This document shows positions 20,219 through 30,810 of a stretch of DNA of 64,000 nucleotides, one piece after another (position 1 is the stretch's first letter; every line of letters begins with the position of its first letter). Source of the stretch: Candidatus Heimdallarchaeum aukensis (GTDB lineage Archaea; Asgardarchaeota; Heimdallarchaeia; Heimdallarchaeales; Heimdallarchaeaceae); assembly GCA_021513695.1 (NCBI GenBank), contig CP084166.1:2752001-2816000 (forward strand). The letters are read 5' to 3'. The notes under the pieces are model-generated. The model worked only from the letters and a program-made list of their open reading frames with translations, was not told the origin of the DNA and ran no database searches. Made by a program: the position numbers and the translations under genes.

Positions 20219-21093
20219 ACATATTACTAGTTGGTGGAGGGCCTGCTTGTTGTTCTGCCGCAATTCAATTAGTAAGAAGTAAAAAAAACATTTTACTGAT
20301 TACTAAAGAAATAGGCGGTTTAGTTAAAAATGCCAACTTAATAGAAAATTTATTGGGTTTTCCTAATGGAATTAGAGGAAAAGATTATGCTTCATTGATG
20401 CAAGAACAATTAAAGAAAATCAAAGTACCAGTGCTTATAGATGAAGTAAAAAAAGTAGAGAAAGTAGAAGAGCATTTCGTTATAACAACTTCAAATAAGA
20501 AATTTACTGCAAATTATGTTATTATTGGTTCTGGAACTATTCCTAAAAAACTAGAAATTTCAGGAGAGGAGAAGGCATATCAAGATAAAAAATTATTTTA
20601 TGAAGTCTATGAAGCAAAAGAATTTCTAGAAAAGAAAGATGATGTAATTATAATTGGAGGAGGAGATGCAGCTTATGATTATGCTTTAAACATATCGAAT
20701 CAAGTTAAACAAATTAGAATTTTGCAAAGATCAGAAAATGCAAAATGTTTGCCTTTATTATTAAAACGAGTTAAAAAAAAGGAAAATATACAAATTATAA
20801 AAAATGTAACTCCTTCAGAGATTAGTTTTTATTCAAACAAATTATTATTAACTGTTAGAAAATCAACAAATAATTTTCTAGACTTATTGACTGATAAAAT
20901 TTTGATAGCAGTAGGTAGAACACCTAACATTTCTTTTATTGAAGAAGGTTTATTAACATCTGAAAACTTACAAAGCACAGACCGAAGATTAATCCTAATC
21001 GGCGACATTAAAAATAAACGACTTAGACAAATTTCAATTGCAATTGGAGATGGTCTTAAAGAAGCAATGAAAATAATTGAAGAGAATGAGTGA
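20194..21093 (+). CDS. FAD/NAD(P)-binding oxidoreductase (thioredoxin-reductase-like fold, no CxxC)
   Basis: Two Rossmann GxGxxG/A motifs (DILLVGGGPACCSAA; IIIGGGDAAYDYAL); start overlaps upstream gene. Confidence 0.55.
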   Translation: MERKSKNVDILLVGGGPACCSAAIQLVRSKKNILLITKEIGGLVKNANLIENLLGFPNGIRGKDYASLMQEQLKKIKVPVLIDEVKKVEKVEEHFVITTSNKKFTANYVIIGSGTIPKKLEISGEEKAYQDKKLFYEVYEAKEFLEKKDDVIIIGGGDAAYDYALNISNQVKQIRILQRSENAKCLPLLLKRVKKKENIQIIKNVTPSEISFYSNKLLLTVRKSTNNFLDLLTDKILIAVGRTPNISFIEEGLLTSENLQSTDRRLILIGDIKNKRLRQISIAIGDGLKEAMKIIEENE

Positions 21094-22045
21094 TAAAATG
21101 GAAATAATCGGTAAATACGGAAAAGATGATTTAGCGATATTATATATAGCAAAGATGGATAATGGACAGATTCTAGAGTTTGTTGAAAGTACCCAACCAC
21201 CCATCCCCAGAGAGAAAAAATGGGTACTAATAATCTCCACAATGTTTGGTTGTCCAATTCAATGCTTAATGTGTGATGCAGGAGAATATTATGCTGGAAA
21301 CATTTCAAAAGAACAAATGCTAGAGGAAATTGATTTCTTAATAAAGAGTAGATTTCCAGATACAAAGTACATAGATGTTCCTAAATTTAAAATTCAATTT
21401 GCTAGAATGGGTGAACCTGCTTTAAATGATGATGTACTTGAGGTAATAAGAGAACTTCCTTCAATCTATGATGCTCCTGGACTAATGCCGTGTATAAGTA
21501 CTGTTGCACCAAGAACTGCAGGAGAGTTTATGGAAAAATTATTGGTTATAAAAGACCAATTATACTCTAATGGAAAATTCCAGCTTCAATTTTCTATTCA
21601 CTCCACAAATGAAGAAATAAGAAAGAAATTAATGACTTCAAACATCTGGACATTGGAGGAAATAGCAGAATATGGACAACGATGGTTTAAAGAAGGAGAT
21701 AGAAAAATTACTCTAAACTTTGCAGTAGCAGAGGACTATGAAATTGATCCTTCGGTTTTGAAAAGAATTTTTGATCTATCAAAATACATGATAAAAATAA
21801 CACCTATCAACCCTACAAATAAAGCTATAGAGAATAATCTTGAATCAGCGATAAAGGAAGAAAATGAACATTATTTTCCACTGGTTGAAGAATTAAGAAA
21901 AGAAGGATTTGAAACTCTAATTAGCATAGGAGAATGGGAGGAAAATAAAATAGGTACAAACTGTGGTCAATTTGCTACAAAGTATAATAAAGGACAAGTT
22001 GAGATAAAAGAAACTTACTTAACCACACAATATAAATTAAATTGA
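21077..22045 (+). CDS. Radical SAM domain protein
   Basis: CxxxCxxC cluster motif CPIQCLMC near the N-terminus; overlaps preceding gene (operon). Confidence 0.5.
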   Translation: MKRMSDKMEIIGKYGKDDLAILYIAKMDNGQILEFVESTQPPIPREKKWVLIISTMFGCPIQCLMCDAGEYYAGNISKEQMLEEIDFLIKSRFPDTKYIDVPKFKIQFARMGEPALNDDVLEVIRELPSIYDAPGLMPCISTVAPRTAGEFMEKLLVIKDQLYSNGKFQLQFSIHSTNEEIRKKLMTSNIWTLEEIAEYGQRWFKEGDRKITLNFAVAEDYEIDPSVLKRIFDLSKYMIKITPINPTNKAIENNLESAIKEENEHYFPLVEELRKEGFETLISIGEWEENKIGTNCGQFATKYNKGQVEIKETYLTTQYKLN

Positions 22046-22062
22046 AAAAAAAGAAAAAGAAG

Positions 22063-23238
22063 TTAGTTACTGGTACTAGAAGGTTCTATTTTTTCATATC
22101 CCCAATGATCTCTGTAGTCTGACCAGTATTTATTCACTCTTTCTATCACATCATCTGTTATTTTGTGTACATTAGGTTTATATTCTCTTTTTTGTGTTTC
22201 TGCATATTTTCTCATGTTTTCTCTATATTCTTCTTTTAGCTCTAAACCAAGCTCTGAGTATATTCTATCAATATGTTTCATTGGTTCCTCAATGAATTCT
22301 TCATATTTTACATGTACAATATTACCTTCAGGAATAAGTTTGATATCTCGTTCTAGATATTCATAAAGAGTTTTGTAGTTGCGTAGAATATCCAATTTCA
22401 TTTTTTCATCATCCCAAGTTTGTAAGGTATAAATTGCAAAAACTTCATCAAAGAACTTGTATGTACTAGGATAAACTTCATAGGGATTTCTATAAGTATG
22501 AATGAATTTTGCGTTAGGAAACATTTCTAGAATATGAGGAATTCGATAACTATTAGTGGGATTTTTAAAAATCATCTGTCTTCCTTCATATTTTAAGGTC
22601 ATTTTCTGAACAAAGTAGTAATAGATTTTTTTCCATTTCTCCAGATCCTTGGGTAAACCCTCAAAAGTCAAGTAACGAGTATATTGGTCAAAATTTCTTG
22701 GAAAAATAAATCCATTATAATAACCATATTTAGACATAGCTCCAATTGAGTACTCTTCTTCTGTTGGTTCTTCTGCTCCCATCGGAACGTTATCCATTGG
22801 TCTTACATCTGGCAAAGACATATCAATCAGTGCTTTAGTAATTTTAGGGAATGAAAGGAAGAAGTGTGGAGCATAACCCTCTAAGTTTGAAACATAACCT
22901 CTATCTTTATCCATAGATAATAAAGTCATTAGGTATGTTGTTCCAGTCCTATAATGACCAATTACAAAAATTGGGTCGGTTTTTATTTCTGTTTTCTTTA
23001 TTTTTCTATGATATAAAATTCTCTCTATAACCCTCATTGGAGCAGTAATTGTAGCTAGACCAATCGCATACCAGAATCTCAAATAATATTTGGGGTGAAT
23101 CCTGAATTTATTTTCCCATAGCAATCGAAAAATATTTGTAAAAGACATTCCAGCCAAAGGCTCTTCTTTGCAAATCAACCAAGTTTTTTTGTGTGCCATA
23201 AAATCACTCTCGTCCTCTAGATCCTCAAAGAAAAGCAC
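22063..23238 (-). CDS. Membrane-anchored sulfotransferase (paralog of 4856..5977)
   Basis: N-terminal TM; FVIGHYRTGTTYLMTLL PAPS-binding loop; FIHTYRNPYEVYPS 3'-PB motif. Confidence 0.6.
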   Translation of the reverse strand: MLFFEDLEDESDFMAHKKTWLICKEEPLAGMSFTNIFRLLWENKFRIHPKYYLRFWYAIGLATITAPMRVIERILYHRKIKKTEIKTDPIFVIGHYRTGTTYLMTLLSMDKDRGYVSNLEGYAPHFFLSFPKITKALIDMSLPDVRPMDNVPMGAEEPTEEEYSIGAMSKYGYYNGFIFPRNFDQYTRYLTFEGLPKDLEKWKKIYYYFVQKMTLKYEGRQMIFKNPTNSYRIPHILEMFPNAKFIHTYRNPYEVYPSTYKFFDEVFAIYTLQTWDDEKMKLDILRNYKTLYEYLERDIKLIPEGNIVHVKYEEFIEEPMKHIDRIYSELGLELKEEYRENMRKYAETQKREYKPNVHKITDDVIERVNKYWSDYRDHWGYEKIEPSSTSN

Positions 23239-23351
23239 TTGGTTATAAAATTAATTCTAAAACGAAAAAGAAAAGAAACATTTTACTGTTTTACCCCAGC
23301 TTAACTCATATTTAAGGTGCTGCTTTTTTCTTAAAAAAATGAGCTGAAAAT

Positions 23352-23714
23352 TTATCTTTTTTTGGTTGAAGCAATAATGTAAATTATTCCTGCAATTACA
23401 ACTATTAATCCAGGAAGACCTATACCAATAATGCCTAATATTATCAATATGATTCCTAACAGAAAATCTGACAATTTAGAAGAGGGTAAAGCAATGGCAA
23501 GTATTCCTAGGACTATGGTTATAATTGCAATTATGAAATCATGAGTAATGATTCTTAATAAAAATCCTTTTGCAATAAGGTCAAGTTCAAGAGTCCCCAT
23601 ATTAAAGCGGAGTAAAATATGTAAAATTAAAAACACTCCTCCTAAAATATATAAAACCCCTCCGATAATTGAAAGAGCTTTTCCCCATTTTTCTAATTTA
23701 CTTTTTCGAGCCAT
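23352..23714 (-). CDS. Small membrane protein
   Basis: 120-aa, 3-4 TM, Gly/Ile-rich. Confidence 0.3.
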   Translation of the reverse strand: MARKSKLEKWGKALSIIGGVLYILGGVFLILHILLRFNMGTLELDLIAKGFLLRIITHDFIIAIITIVLGILAIALPSSKLSDFLLGIILIILGIIGIGLPGLIVVIAGIIYIIASTKKR

Positions 23715-23757
23715 ATTTTTTTAAACAGTAAAGCAGTATTTTAGTTTTTCCACAGAT

Positions 23758-24129
23758 TTAGCATGTAAGATGAAGTAAAGCAACGATATGCTGTTTTTGT
23801 TTAATTGCAGAATTTATTTTGGATATTATTTTTGGTGTTGTCTCTTCTATAATTTTAACTTTAGAATTTTCTAAAATTCTTCTTGTCTCTGATGGAATAG
23901 GTAAAACGCCAAATTGCCCTTTTCCAATAAAGAATATTTCAGGTTTATATGATAATAGAAATTCAGCTTCTTTTTCACCAAAGCAAGTGTGACCTTTTAC
24001 TTTGTAGGATAATTCTTTTTTTCTTTTTTGAATAATAAACTCTTCATTCTCTGAAATAATATAAATATCGTTAGAATACTTTTTACCATCAATAACTATT
24101 TGACCAAAAGAAGTTTTCTCAATTTTCAA
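23758..24129 (-). CDS. Mth938-like (DUF498) domain protein
   Basis: SFGQIVIDGKKYSNDIYII ... HTCFG... resembles the Mth938 family N-terminal motif (FG.I.IDG..Y..D.II). Confidence 0.4.
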   Translation of the reverse strand: MKIEKTSFGQIVIDGKKYSNDIYIISENEEFIIQKRKKELSYKVKGHTCFGEKEAEFLLSYKPEIFFIGKGQFGVLPIPSETRRILENSKVKIIEETTPKIISKINSAIKQKQHIVALLHLTC

Positions 24130-24205
24130 CGAATCACCTCAATTTATTTTGTTTCTTGCTTATTATTCCAGTAATTTTTAAATATTAATTGTTTTTCGTT
24201 AAATT

Positions 24206-25597
24206 ATGGGTAGTATTCGAGAAAACTTTATGATTCTCGCTATTGTTTCTCTAACTTCTTTTACTATTTCATTCGGTGGCTCATCATTAAATCTTGCTAT
24301 TCCTATAATGCAAATTGATCTTCAAGCAGATTCTTCCACTATGAGTTGGTTTGTTACAATCTATATTTTAGCAACAGCTATGTTTCAAATACCTTTTGCT
24401 AAACTTTCTGACATTTTCGATAGAAAAATAATTTATTTGTTAGGACTATTCATTTTTTCCATTTCCTGTATTATGGTAGTATTAACAAAAAATATCTCAT
24501 TATTACTTATACTTCGTTTTCTCCAAGGTTTTGGTGGAGCTCTAATTTTTGCTACTGGGACTGCAATTTTAGCTAATACCTTTTCACCAGAAATTAAAGG
24601 GAAGGTTTTTGGGATTAATATTTCTTCAGTTTATTTTGGATTGACAACAGGACCTGTGATAGGTGGACTGATTGTTAGTTTTTTTTCTTGGAAAGGTATA
24701 TTTGTAGTAACTGCTTCTTTAGGTGCTCTTTCATTAATTCTTCTTTTGATAAAAGTAGATATCAGACAAGAGAGAATTTCAAATGAAAAATTTGACTACT
24801 TAGGAGCATTGTTTTATACTCTTACACTTTTCACTCTCCTATATGGCTTTAGAATATTACCTAATAATGTAGGATATATTCTCATAGGAGGTTCAGTTCT
24901 TTTTAGTATATTTTTTATTTTCTGGGAAACACGAGTTACCAGCCCTCTAATTCAACTATCTATATTTAAAAATAACAGATTTTTTACATTTGCTAATCTT
25001 ACATCAATAACCTATTATACTTCAGTAACAGCTATAGCCTTTTTAATAAATTTATTTTTACAAAATGTAAAAAATTTTAGCCCTCAGTTTGTAGGCTTTA
25101 TTTTACTCACACGCCCTTTATCACAAGCTCTTGTTTCTCCCTTTGGTGGGCTACTCTCAGATAAGATTGAGCATAGAATATTAACAACTATAGGAACTAT
25201 TTTAGGAGCTATAGGTCTATTCATTTTCATATTTCTTAATGCTAATACTCCTCTATATCTAATTCTCTTAAGTTTGGTAATAGGAGGTGTTGGTTTCGGT
25301 CTGTTTTCTTCTCCAAATACAAATTCAATTATGAGCGGCGTAGAAAGAAAATATTATAACACTGCCTCTGCTTTAATCGGAACTATGAGAACGATAGGAC
25401 AAACGATGTCTATGGGAATAGTTACAATCACTTTTTCAGTTCTAATTGGAAAAGAGCAAGTTGGTTCAAACATCTACAATGAGAAACTTATTTACAGTAT
25501 TAATACCTTATTTACTATATTTCTCGGAATATGTTTAGTTTCCTCAATATTCTCTTATCTAAGAGGAAAACAACTTACAAAAACCGGAATAGAATAA
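24206..25597 (+). CDS. MFS transporter (14-TM DHA2-like drug/H+ antiporter type)
   Basis: About 14 TM helices, MFS motif-A-like loop FAKLSDIFDRKI, Gly-rich helices. Confidence 0.7.
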   Translation: MGSIRENFMILAIVSLTSFTISFGGSSLNLAIPIMQIDLQADSSTMSWFVTIYILATAMFQIPFAKLSDIFDRKIIYLLGLFIFSISCIMVVLTKNISLLLILRFLQGFGGALIFATGTAILANTFSPEIKGKVFGINISSVYFGLTTGPVIGGLIVSFFSWKGIFVVTASLGALSLILLLIKVDIRQERISNEKFDYLGALFYTLTLFTLLYGFRILPNNVGYILIGGSVLFSIFFIFWETRVTSPLIQLSIFKNNRFFTFANLTSITYYTSVTAIAFLINLFLQNVKNFSPQFVGFILLTRPLSQALVSPFGGLLSDKIEHRILTTIGTILGAIGLFIFIFLNANTPLYLILLSLVIGGVGFGLFSSPNTNSIMSGVERKYYNTASALIGTMRTIGQTMSMGIVTITFSVLIGKEQVGSNIYNEKLIYSINTLFTIFLGICLVSSIFSYLRGKQLTKTGIE

Positions 25598-25633
25598 ATT
25601 TTAAGAAATAATTAAATATAATTAGTTTTTTCT

Positions 25634-27070
25634 ATGTTCAGAATGAGTGTTAGAAACTATTTAACTAATGTAAAAGAGAGTTATAATAGAGCAAAAGAAG
25701 GAGAAGGATTTTCCTTTCTTTTTACAGTTGTGATTGGTTTAGGCTTTTTTACAACCGCAATTACATGGGCAATGTATAATGTTTACATTCCTACTTATTT
25801 GGACGAGTACTTATTTTTGAATTGGGGAGAGCTGCCTTTTGCAAGCACAATTATTGGTTTCATCATGGTACTTGACAATATCGTTGCTGTGATAATGCAA
25901 CCTTGGATAGGTCATATTAGTGATCGAATATGGAAAAGATACTCTCCAAATAAATGGGGAAGAAGAATGCCTTTTATTGTAATTGGAATACCCTTAGGTG
26001 CTATATTTTTTACAATGTTAGGGTTGTTTGGTACTGATAACTTTACAGGTAGTCCCATGACAGGTTTCATTCTTTTACTGTTAACCATTGGAGGATTCAA
26101 TATTTCGATGGCTTTGTATCGTTCTCCTGTTGTAGCATTAATGCCCGATTTAGTACCAAAAGAGTATCGTAGCAGAGGAAACGGTTTGATCAACTTAATG
26201 GGCGGAGTAGGAGCCCTAATGGCTTTGTTTATTCTACCAATTGTATATCGAAAAAATCCTTTACTAGCTTACCTTATTGTAAGCTTAGTGATGATTTTCT
26301 GCTTGGTTATCTTATACTTTACAATAAAAGAACCTGAAGTACTTAAAGACAAAGAAGAAAAAGAAAAAGTGAAAATTATTGAGACTGTAAAAGAATTCTT
26401 TGCTCAAGAAGATAAAAGCATGATTTTTATCTTGTTTGCTATTTTCGCTTGGTTCTTGGGTTATAATGTCATAGAAACGTTTTTCTCGTTATACGGTGTT
26501 AACATCCTCCAAATAGAAAAAGAAGATGCAAGCACTATTTTAGGGGTACTAGCTTTAATGTTTATTCTCTCCTCTGTACCTGCTGGTTTTGTAGCCAAGA
26601 AGATTGGTAGAAAAAGAACGATCTTAGTTGGACTCGGGATAATTCTAGTTGCTCTAGTAATTGCTGCAATCTTTTCGGTAGTAACTATTCCAAGCTTACA
26701 AACTCGAACAACATTTTTAGGAATGGATGTTCCCTATACTGCTTTCATTATACTAGGTTGCTTCTTCTTTAGTGGAATTGGTTGGGCCTTTGTTAACATT
26801 AATAGTATAGTAATTGTCTGGACTTTAGCTGGAAAAGAGCGTGTAGGTGCTGGAACAGGAGTATATTATTTCTTCTCTGCTTCAGCAGCTATAATTGGAC
26901 CCGTTTTAGTAGGTGGAATATTTGATTTAATCAAATATATATTCGGTCTTCCAGCGGGATTACAATACAAGACTTTATTCTTCTTCTCTGCTTTCTTCTA
27001 TTTAGTAGCGATGGTCCTTACTCTCTTTGTTAAAACTACTGGAGTAGAAGGAGAAAAAGAAGAAGAGTAA
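25634..27070 (+). CDS. MFS-type transporter
   Basis: 12 TM, loop HISDRIWKRYSPNKWGRRMPFI (motif-A-like G..DR.GRR); acidic C-terminal tail. Confidence 0.6.
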   Translation: MFRMSVRNYLTNVKESYNRAKEGEGFSFLFTVVIGLGFFTTAITWAMYNVYIPTYLDEYLFLNWGELPFASTIIGFIMVLDNIVAVIMQPWIGHISDRIWKRYSPNKWGRRMPFIVIGIPLGAIFFTMLGLFGTDNFTGSPMTGFILLLLTIGGFNISMALYRSPVVALMPDLVPKEYRSRGNGLINLMGGVGALMALFILPIVYRKNPLLAYLIVSLVMIFCLVILYFTIKEPEVLKDKEEKEKVKIIETVKEFFAQEDKSMIFILFAIFAWFLGYNVIETFFSLYGVNILQIEKEDASTILGVLALMFILSSVPAGFVAKKIGRKRTILVGLGIILVALVIAAIFSVVTIPSLQTRTTFLGMDVPYTAFIILGCFFFSGIGWAFVNINSIVIVWTLAGKERVGAGTGVYYFFSASAAIIGPVLVGGIFDLIKYIFGLPAGLQYKTLFFFSAFFYLVAMVLTLFVKTTGVEGEKEEE

Positions 27071-27086
27071 AATCACTTTTTTTTTC

Positions 27087-30065
27087 TTATTCTTCATTAG
27101 TAGAAGGTAAAAAAACCATTCCTTCTTTTCTTTTTGCGTCAACTCTTACAATTAAGGGTACATCTGTTTGTACATGAACAACATAATCCCCTTCTTCAAT
27201 AATTTTTTGACTTTTTAACCATTCCCAGTTTATAACATGTTTCTCTGAATTGTGTTTTATGTATAGATAACCTAAATTTCCAGCAACAATAGAAGAGAAA
27301 AAGTGACTTCCTTGGCTAAAATCCACACTGAAATCTGATGTTGAAGCTTCAATAATAGCTATAGCACCGTTAATATTTGTCCATTTTACAGGAATACCTA
27401 AAAATCTATCAGCGGTTCCCCATCTACCAAAGCCAATTAGGATATAAGGTGCGTTTTTCTCTCGTAGAATAGCGTTTAATTCATCTATTTCTTGAACAAT
27501 TTCAAGTGTTTTTGTCTTATCAAAAGTCTCTGGCCTAACATAAATAATGTCATTAATATCTTTTCTAATTAAGTTACCACTTACCGTGTTTGAAAAAAGA
27601 ATAATTTTGTCTTTCTGAATCATAGAATAATCTTCAAATTCTAATTCTTCTTGCAACAAAAATGGTCTGATTTGTAGCATATAGAATTGATCTTTTTCTT
27701 CCTTACCAGACTTGAAATTGCCTGCAAATTCTATTTCAATAGGCGAACCCATCGCTTTTTCTCCTATTTCCATCATTGTACTAATTATTTTTGCAAGAGG
27801 AAAGGTTTCTAATTTTAGTTGTTGGTTAAAAGTTATAACTGGAGAACCTTTTTGGTAATATCCTGTCTTCAATGCTTCAGAATTAAAGTCATATGTATCG
27901 GCTATTTTTGTCAAAGATCCGTCTTTTATTGCATGAATTAAGTTATACTTCTTCACATAAGGGTCAGTCGTCTCAATGTCGAATTCGTCTTTTTCCATAT
28001 CTATAGCATAAAAAGTATTTTGGCTTTGTTCAAGAAGTTCTTTAATGTCTGCATAGTAATTAACCTTTGGGTATTTTGGGCTAAATCGAATTGATTGTCC
28101 TCCTTCTACAACATATCTTCCTAGACCTAAAGCCACACTGGCTATCCTATCTTCAGATTTCATATAGTGACCTATTGGATAGAAATTGAAGGAAGAAGCT
28201 GTTCCGCTAAAATTAGGATAGTATCTCCCATCATATCGTTTTCCTACAACTTCTTGTATAACTACAGCCATTTTAGATTGTTCTACAGTCATGTCAATTA
28301 ATTCTGCGTATGTTCGTGCGAGTTTCAAAAAGGGGGAGGCATAGACTAATTTTATTGCCGTACATAATTGATTTAGACGTTTTTTAATATCTGAACTATT
28401 ATTGGGCAACATATAAGTCTCAAAAATTCCTGCAAATGGTTGATAGGCAGAATCTTCTAATAAACTTGAAGAACGAATGGCTAAAGGTTTTTTCAAATCT
28501 TTAAGCAAAAACTGCAAGTCTTCACGTAAACTAGATGATAATTTAGCTTTAACGAACTTTTCTTTTATTTGTTTGTCTGTTATATCTGGTTTGTGAGCAA
28601 ACTCATACAAATTGTTTTCAGCCATAAATTTATCAAATTCATCAGTTCCTATTACAATAGTTTTTGGTATTGTGATTGTAACGTTAGGAAATAGATCTTG
28701 AAGCTTGAATGAATGGATTAAGAACATTATAAAAGCTACTCCTCTCCCCTTTCCTCCTAATGAACCTGGACGAAGTCTTAAAAAAAGTATCTCTGGATGG
28801 TAGCTGTCTTTATTAAAATCATTTACTATCCCTTTGGTTTTCTCTACCACTATTCTTCTAAAATTCTTCAGTAAAAATTCTCTTAATTCTTCGTCTGTGA
28901 ACTCTGAAACTTTTCTGGGCTTAAGTGCTTCTGCTACATCGAACTCTCCTCTAGCATTTAACCATCCAGAAAAATGGTCATTTTTTCCATGATATTTTAA
29001 CGATTCATATGGAATTACCTTTAATTGTTCATAGAATTCAATTATATCTTTTGCTCTTCCCAGTTCTTTTCCTTTTTCATCTCGAAAAATAAATTCACCA
29101 AAACCAACGCATTCTAACAACCATTTATTAAGAGCACTTAAGACCTCGTGACTTCCTTTGTATATGAAGAAACAAGCTAGTTCATCTGCAAGTTTTTTAT
29201 ATTCCTTCTTTGAGGATTGCAAAATTACAGGAAGATTTTTTGTTTCTTTTTTTATTTGTTTTATAAAATCAATTCCTGCATTTTTGTCTAATACTCCATT
29301 TCTCGGGAATTCAACATCAGTAATTACTCCTAAAACATTGCTCTTATACTTAGAAAAATACTCCATCGCTTCTTCGTAAGTTTCAGCAAGTAATATTTTT
29401 GGCCTTATCCTCATCTTAAGTAGATCTAAATAATCGTTTGAACCTTCAAGTATTAATTGATGTGTCTGCTTCATTATGGCCCCATAAAGCTCTGGAAGAA
29501 GGAGTGAATAATGACGAATAGAATCCTCTACAAAAATGAAAACTCTAACATTTGCTATTTTAATATCATTATCAATATTTAATTTATCTTCCAAATGTTT
29601 AACAATTGCTACAAATAGTTTTGAATCACCATTCCAAACAAAAATACGATCAACATTTTTTCTTTTAGATTTTTCAGGTAAATATTTAATTTCTACAACA
29701 CTATTTAAAAGTAGAACTACAGGAATGTTTTTGATTTTCTTTACTTTTTCACCAAAAGTAAAAGGATTAATATCTCCAACCCGACTCATAGTTATTACTA
29801 AATCAAAATCTTCTTTTTTTATTAGCTCTAAAGCCTCAGAAGCTAATGAAACGCGGGTTATTCTTGGAAGAGTTCTCAAGTTAAGGTTCCGAAACTCTTC
29901 ATAAACTTGGTCGGATAACCTCCCATCCTCTTCTAAGAGAAAACTATCGTAGATTGAACTTACAATTAATATATTTTTCATCCTAATTTTCATTAATTCG
30001 TGAAATACTTTGTATCTAGGTTTGTATTCTGAGAATAACTGATTTGAACCTCTTATAAAATCCAA
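27087..30065 (-). CDS. Receiver-like domain(s) fused to PEP/pyruvate-binding (PPDK_N, ATP-grasp) domain protein
   Basis: N-terminal KNILIVSS...DLVITM...PVVLL receiver-like segments; LGGKGRGVAFIM and LAIRSSSLLEDSAYQPFAGIFETY match PPDK_N/PEP-synthase nucleotide-binding motifs (GGK..nL..m; vRSSa..ED...sFAGq.eT). Confidence 0.5.
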   Translation of the reverse strand: MDFIRGSNQLFSEYKPRYKVFHELMKIRMKNILIVSSIYDSFLLEEDGRLSDQVYEEFRNLNLRTLPRITRVSLASEALELIKKEDFDLVITMSRVGDINPFTFGEKVKKIKNIPVVLLLNSVVEIKYLPEKSKRKNVDRIFVWNGDSKLFVAIVKHLEDKLNIDNDIKIANVRVFIFVEDSIRHYSLLLPELYGAIMKQTHQLILEGSNDYLDLLKMRIRPKILLAETYEEAMEYFSKYKSNVLGVITDVEFPRNGVLDKNAGIDFIKQIKKETKNLPVILQSSKKEYKKLADELACFFIYKGSHEVLSALNKWLLECVGFGEFIFRDEKGKELGRAKDIIEFYEQLKVIPYESLKYHGKNDHFSGWLNARGEFDVAEALKPRKVSEFTDEELREFLLKNFRRIVVEKTKGIVNDFNKDSYHPEILFLRLRPGSLGGKGRGVAFIMFLIHSFKLQDLFPNVTITIPKTIVIGTDEFDKFMAENNLYEFAHKPDITDKQIKEKFVKAKLSSSLREDLQFLLKDLKKPLAIRSSSLLEDSAYQPFAGIFETYMLPNNSSDIKKRLNQLCTAIKLVYASPFLKLARTYAELIDMTVEQSKMAVVIQEVVGKRYDGRYYPNFSGTASSFNFYPIGHYMKSEDRIASVALGLGRYVVEGGQSIRFSPKYPKVNYYADIKELLEQSQNTFYAIDMEKDEFDIETTDPYVKKYNLIHAIKDGSLTKIADTYDFNSEALKTGYYQKGSPVITFNQQLKLETFPLAKIISTMMEIGEKAMGSPIEIEFAGNFKSGKEEKDQFYMLQIRPFLLQEELEFEDYSMIQKDKIILFSNTVSGNLIRKDINDIIYVRPETFDKTKTLEIVQEIDELNAILREKNAPYILIGFGRWGTADRFLGIPVKWTNINGAIAIIEASTSDFSVDFSQGSHFFSSIVAGNLGYLYIKHNSEKHVINWEWLKSQKIIEEGDYVVHVQTDVPLIVRVDAKRKEGMVFLPSTNEE

Positions 30066-30337
30066 TTTTTTCTCTCCTTTTGTTACTATTACACTATTTT
30101 GTTTTCTTCCTATTATTATTTTCCTTAGATTTTTAAAAAAAATTGTTTAACGCTGTATGACTGATGTTTTTTGTTTAGACTCTATTAGTTTTTACTTTTT
30201 TTGCTTTTTTAATGATTTTAACTTAAATTATCTCCAAATTTTTAGAGAAAATATATAGTTTCAAAGGAAAAAGTATTTAAATAAAGTATTAGACGAACTC
30301 TTACGTAACTAAGTTACTTATTTACAAGGTGAAAAAA

Positions 30338-30628
30338 ATGTCTGAAGGAGAAAATCAAGAAAGCGTAATTTTTATTGGCCGAAAATCGACTATTTCTTAT
30401 GTGTTGGTAGCTGTTACCATACTAAATAAGAATGATACTTGCAATATTCAAGCTCGTGGAAGACAAATTTCCAAAGCTGTTGATGTTGCAGAAATTACTC
30501 GACGCAAATTCCTTGCTGATCAAGTCGTTGTTGACAATGTCACAATCTCATCAGAAGAATTGCCTTCTGATAATGGAGAAGGAACAAAAACCGTAAGTAC
30601 AATTGAAATTACTCTCAAAAAGAAATAA
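30338..30628 (+). CDS. albA: Alba (Sso10b) DNA/RNA-binding protein
   Basis: VIFIGRKSTISYVLVAVTILNKN...IQARGRQISKAVDVAEITRRKF...VSTIEITL is the Alba signature; ATG 30338 after AAGGTGAAAAAA RBS (track start 30329 is a GTG inside the RBS). Confidence 0.8.
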   Translation: MSEGENQESVIFIGRKSTISYVLVAVTILNKNDTCNIQARGRQISKAVDVAEITRRKFLADQVVVDNVTISSEELPSDNGEGTKTVSTIEITLKKK

Positions 30629-30810
30629 TCTATGAGAGTAATCTAACTCAGAGATTTTTCCAATAATTTTTCTTTTTGTTTTATTTTGAAACTATTTTTT
30701 TGCTCACATAATTCTAAAGTATCGTATTGTAGAGTATAATATAGTTTCGTGTAAAAAATGTGCGCTATTTCAAAATATTATTATATCCAAACTTTAAACA
30801 TTTATAAACA

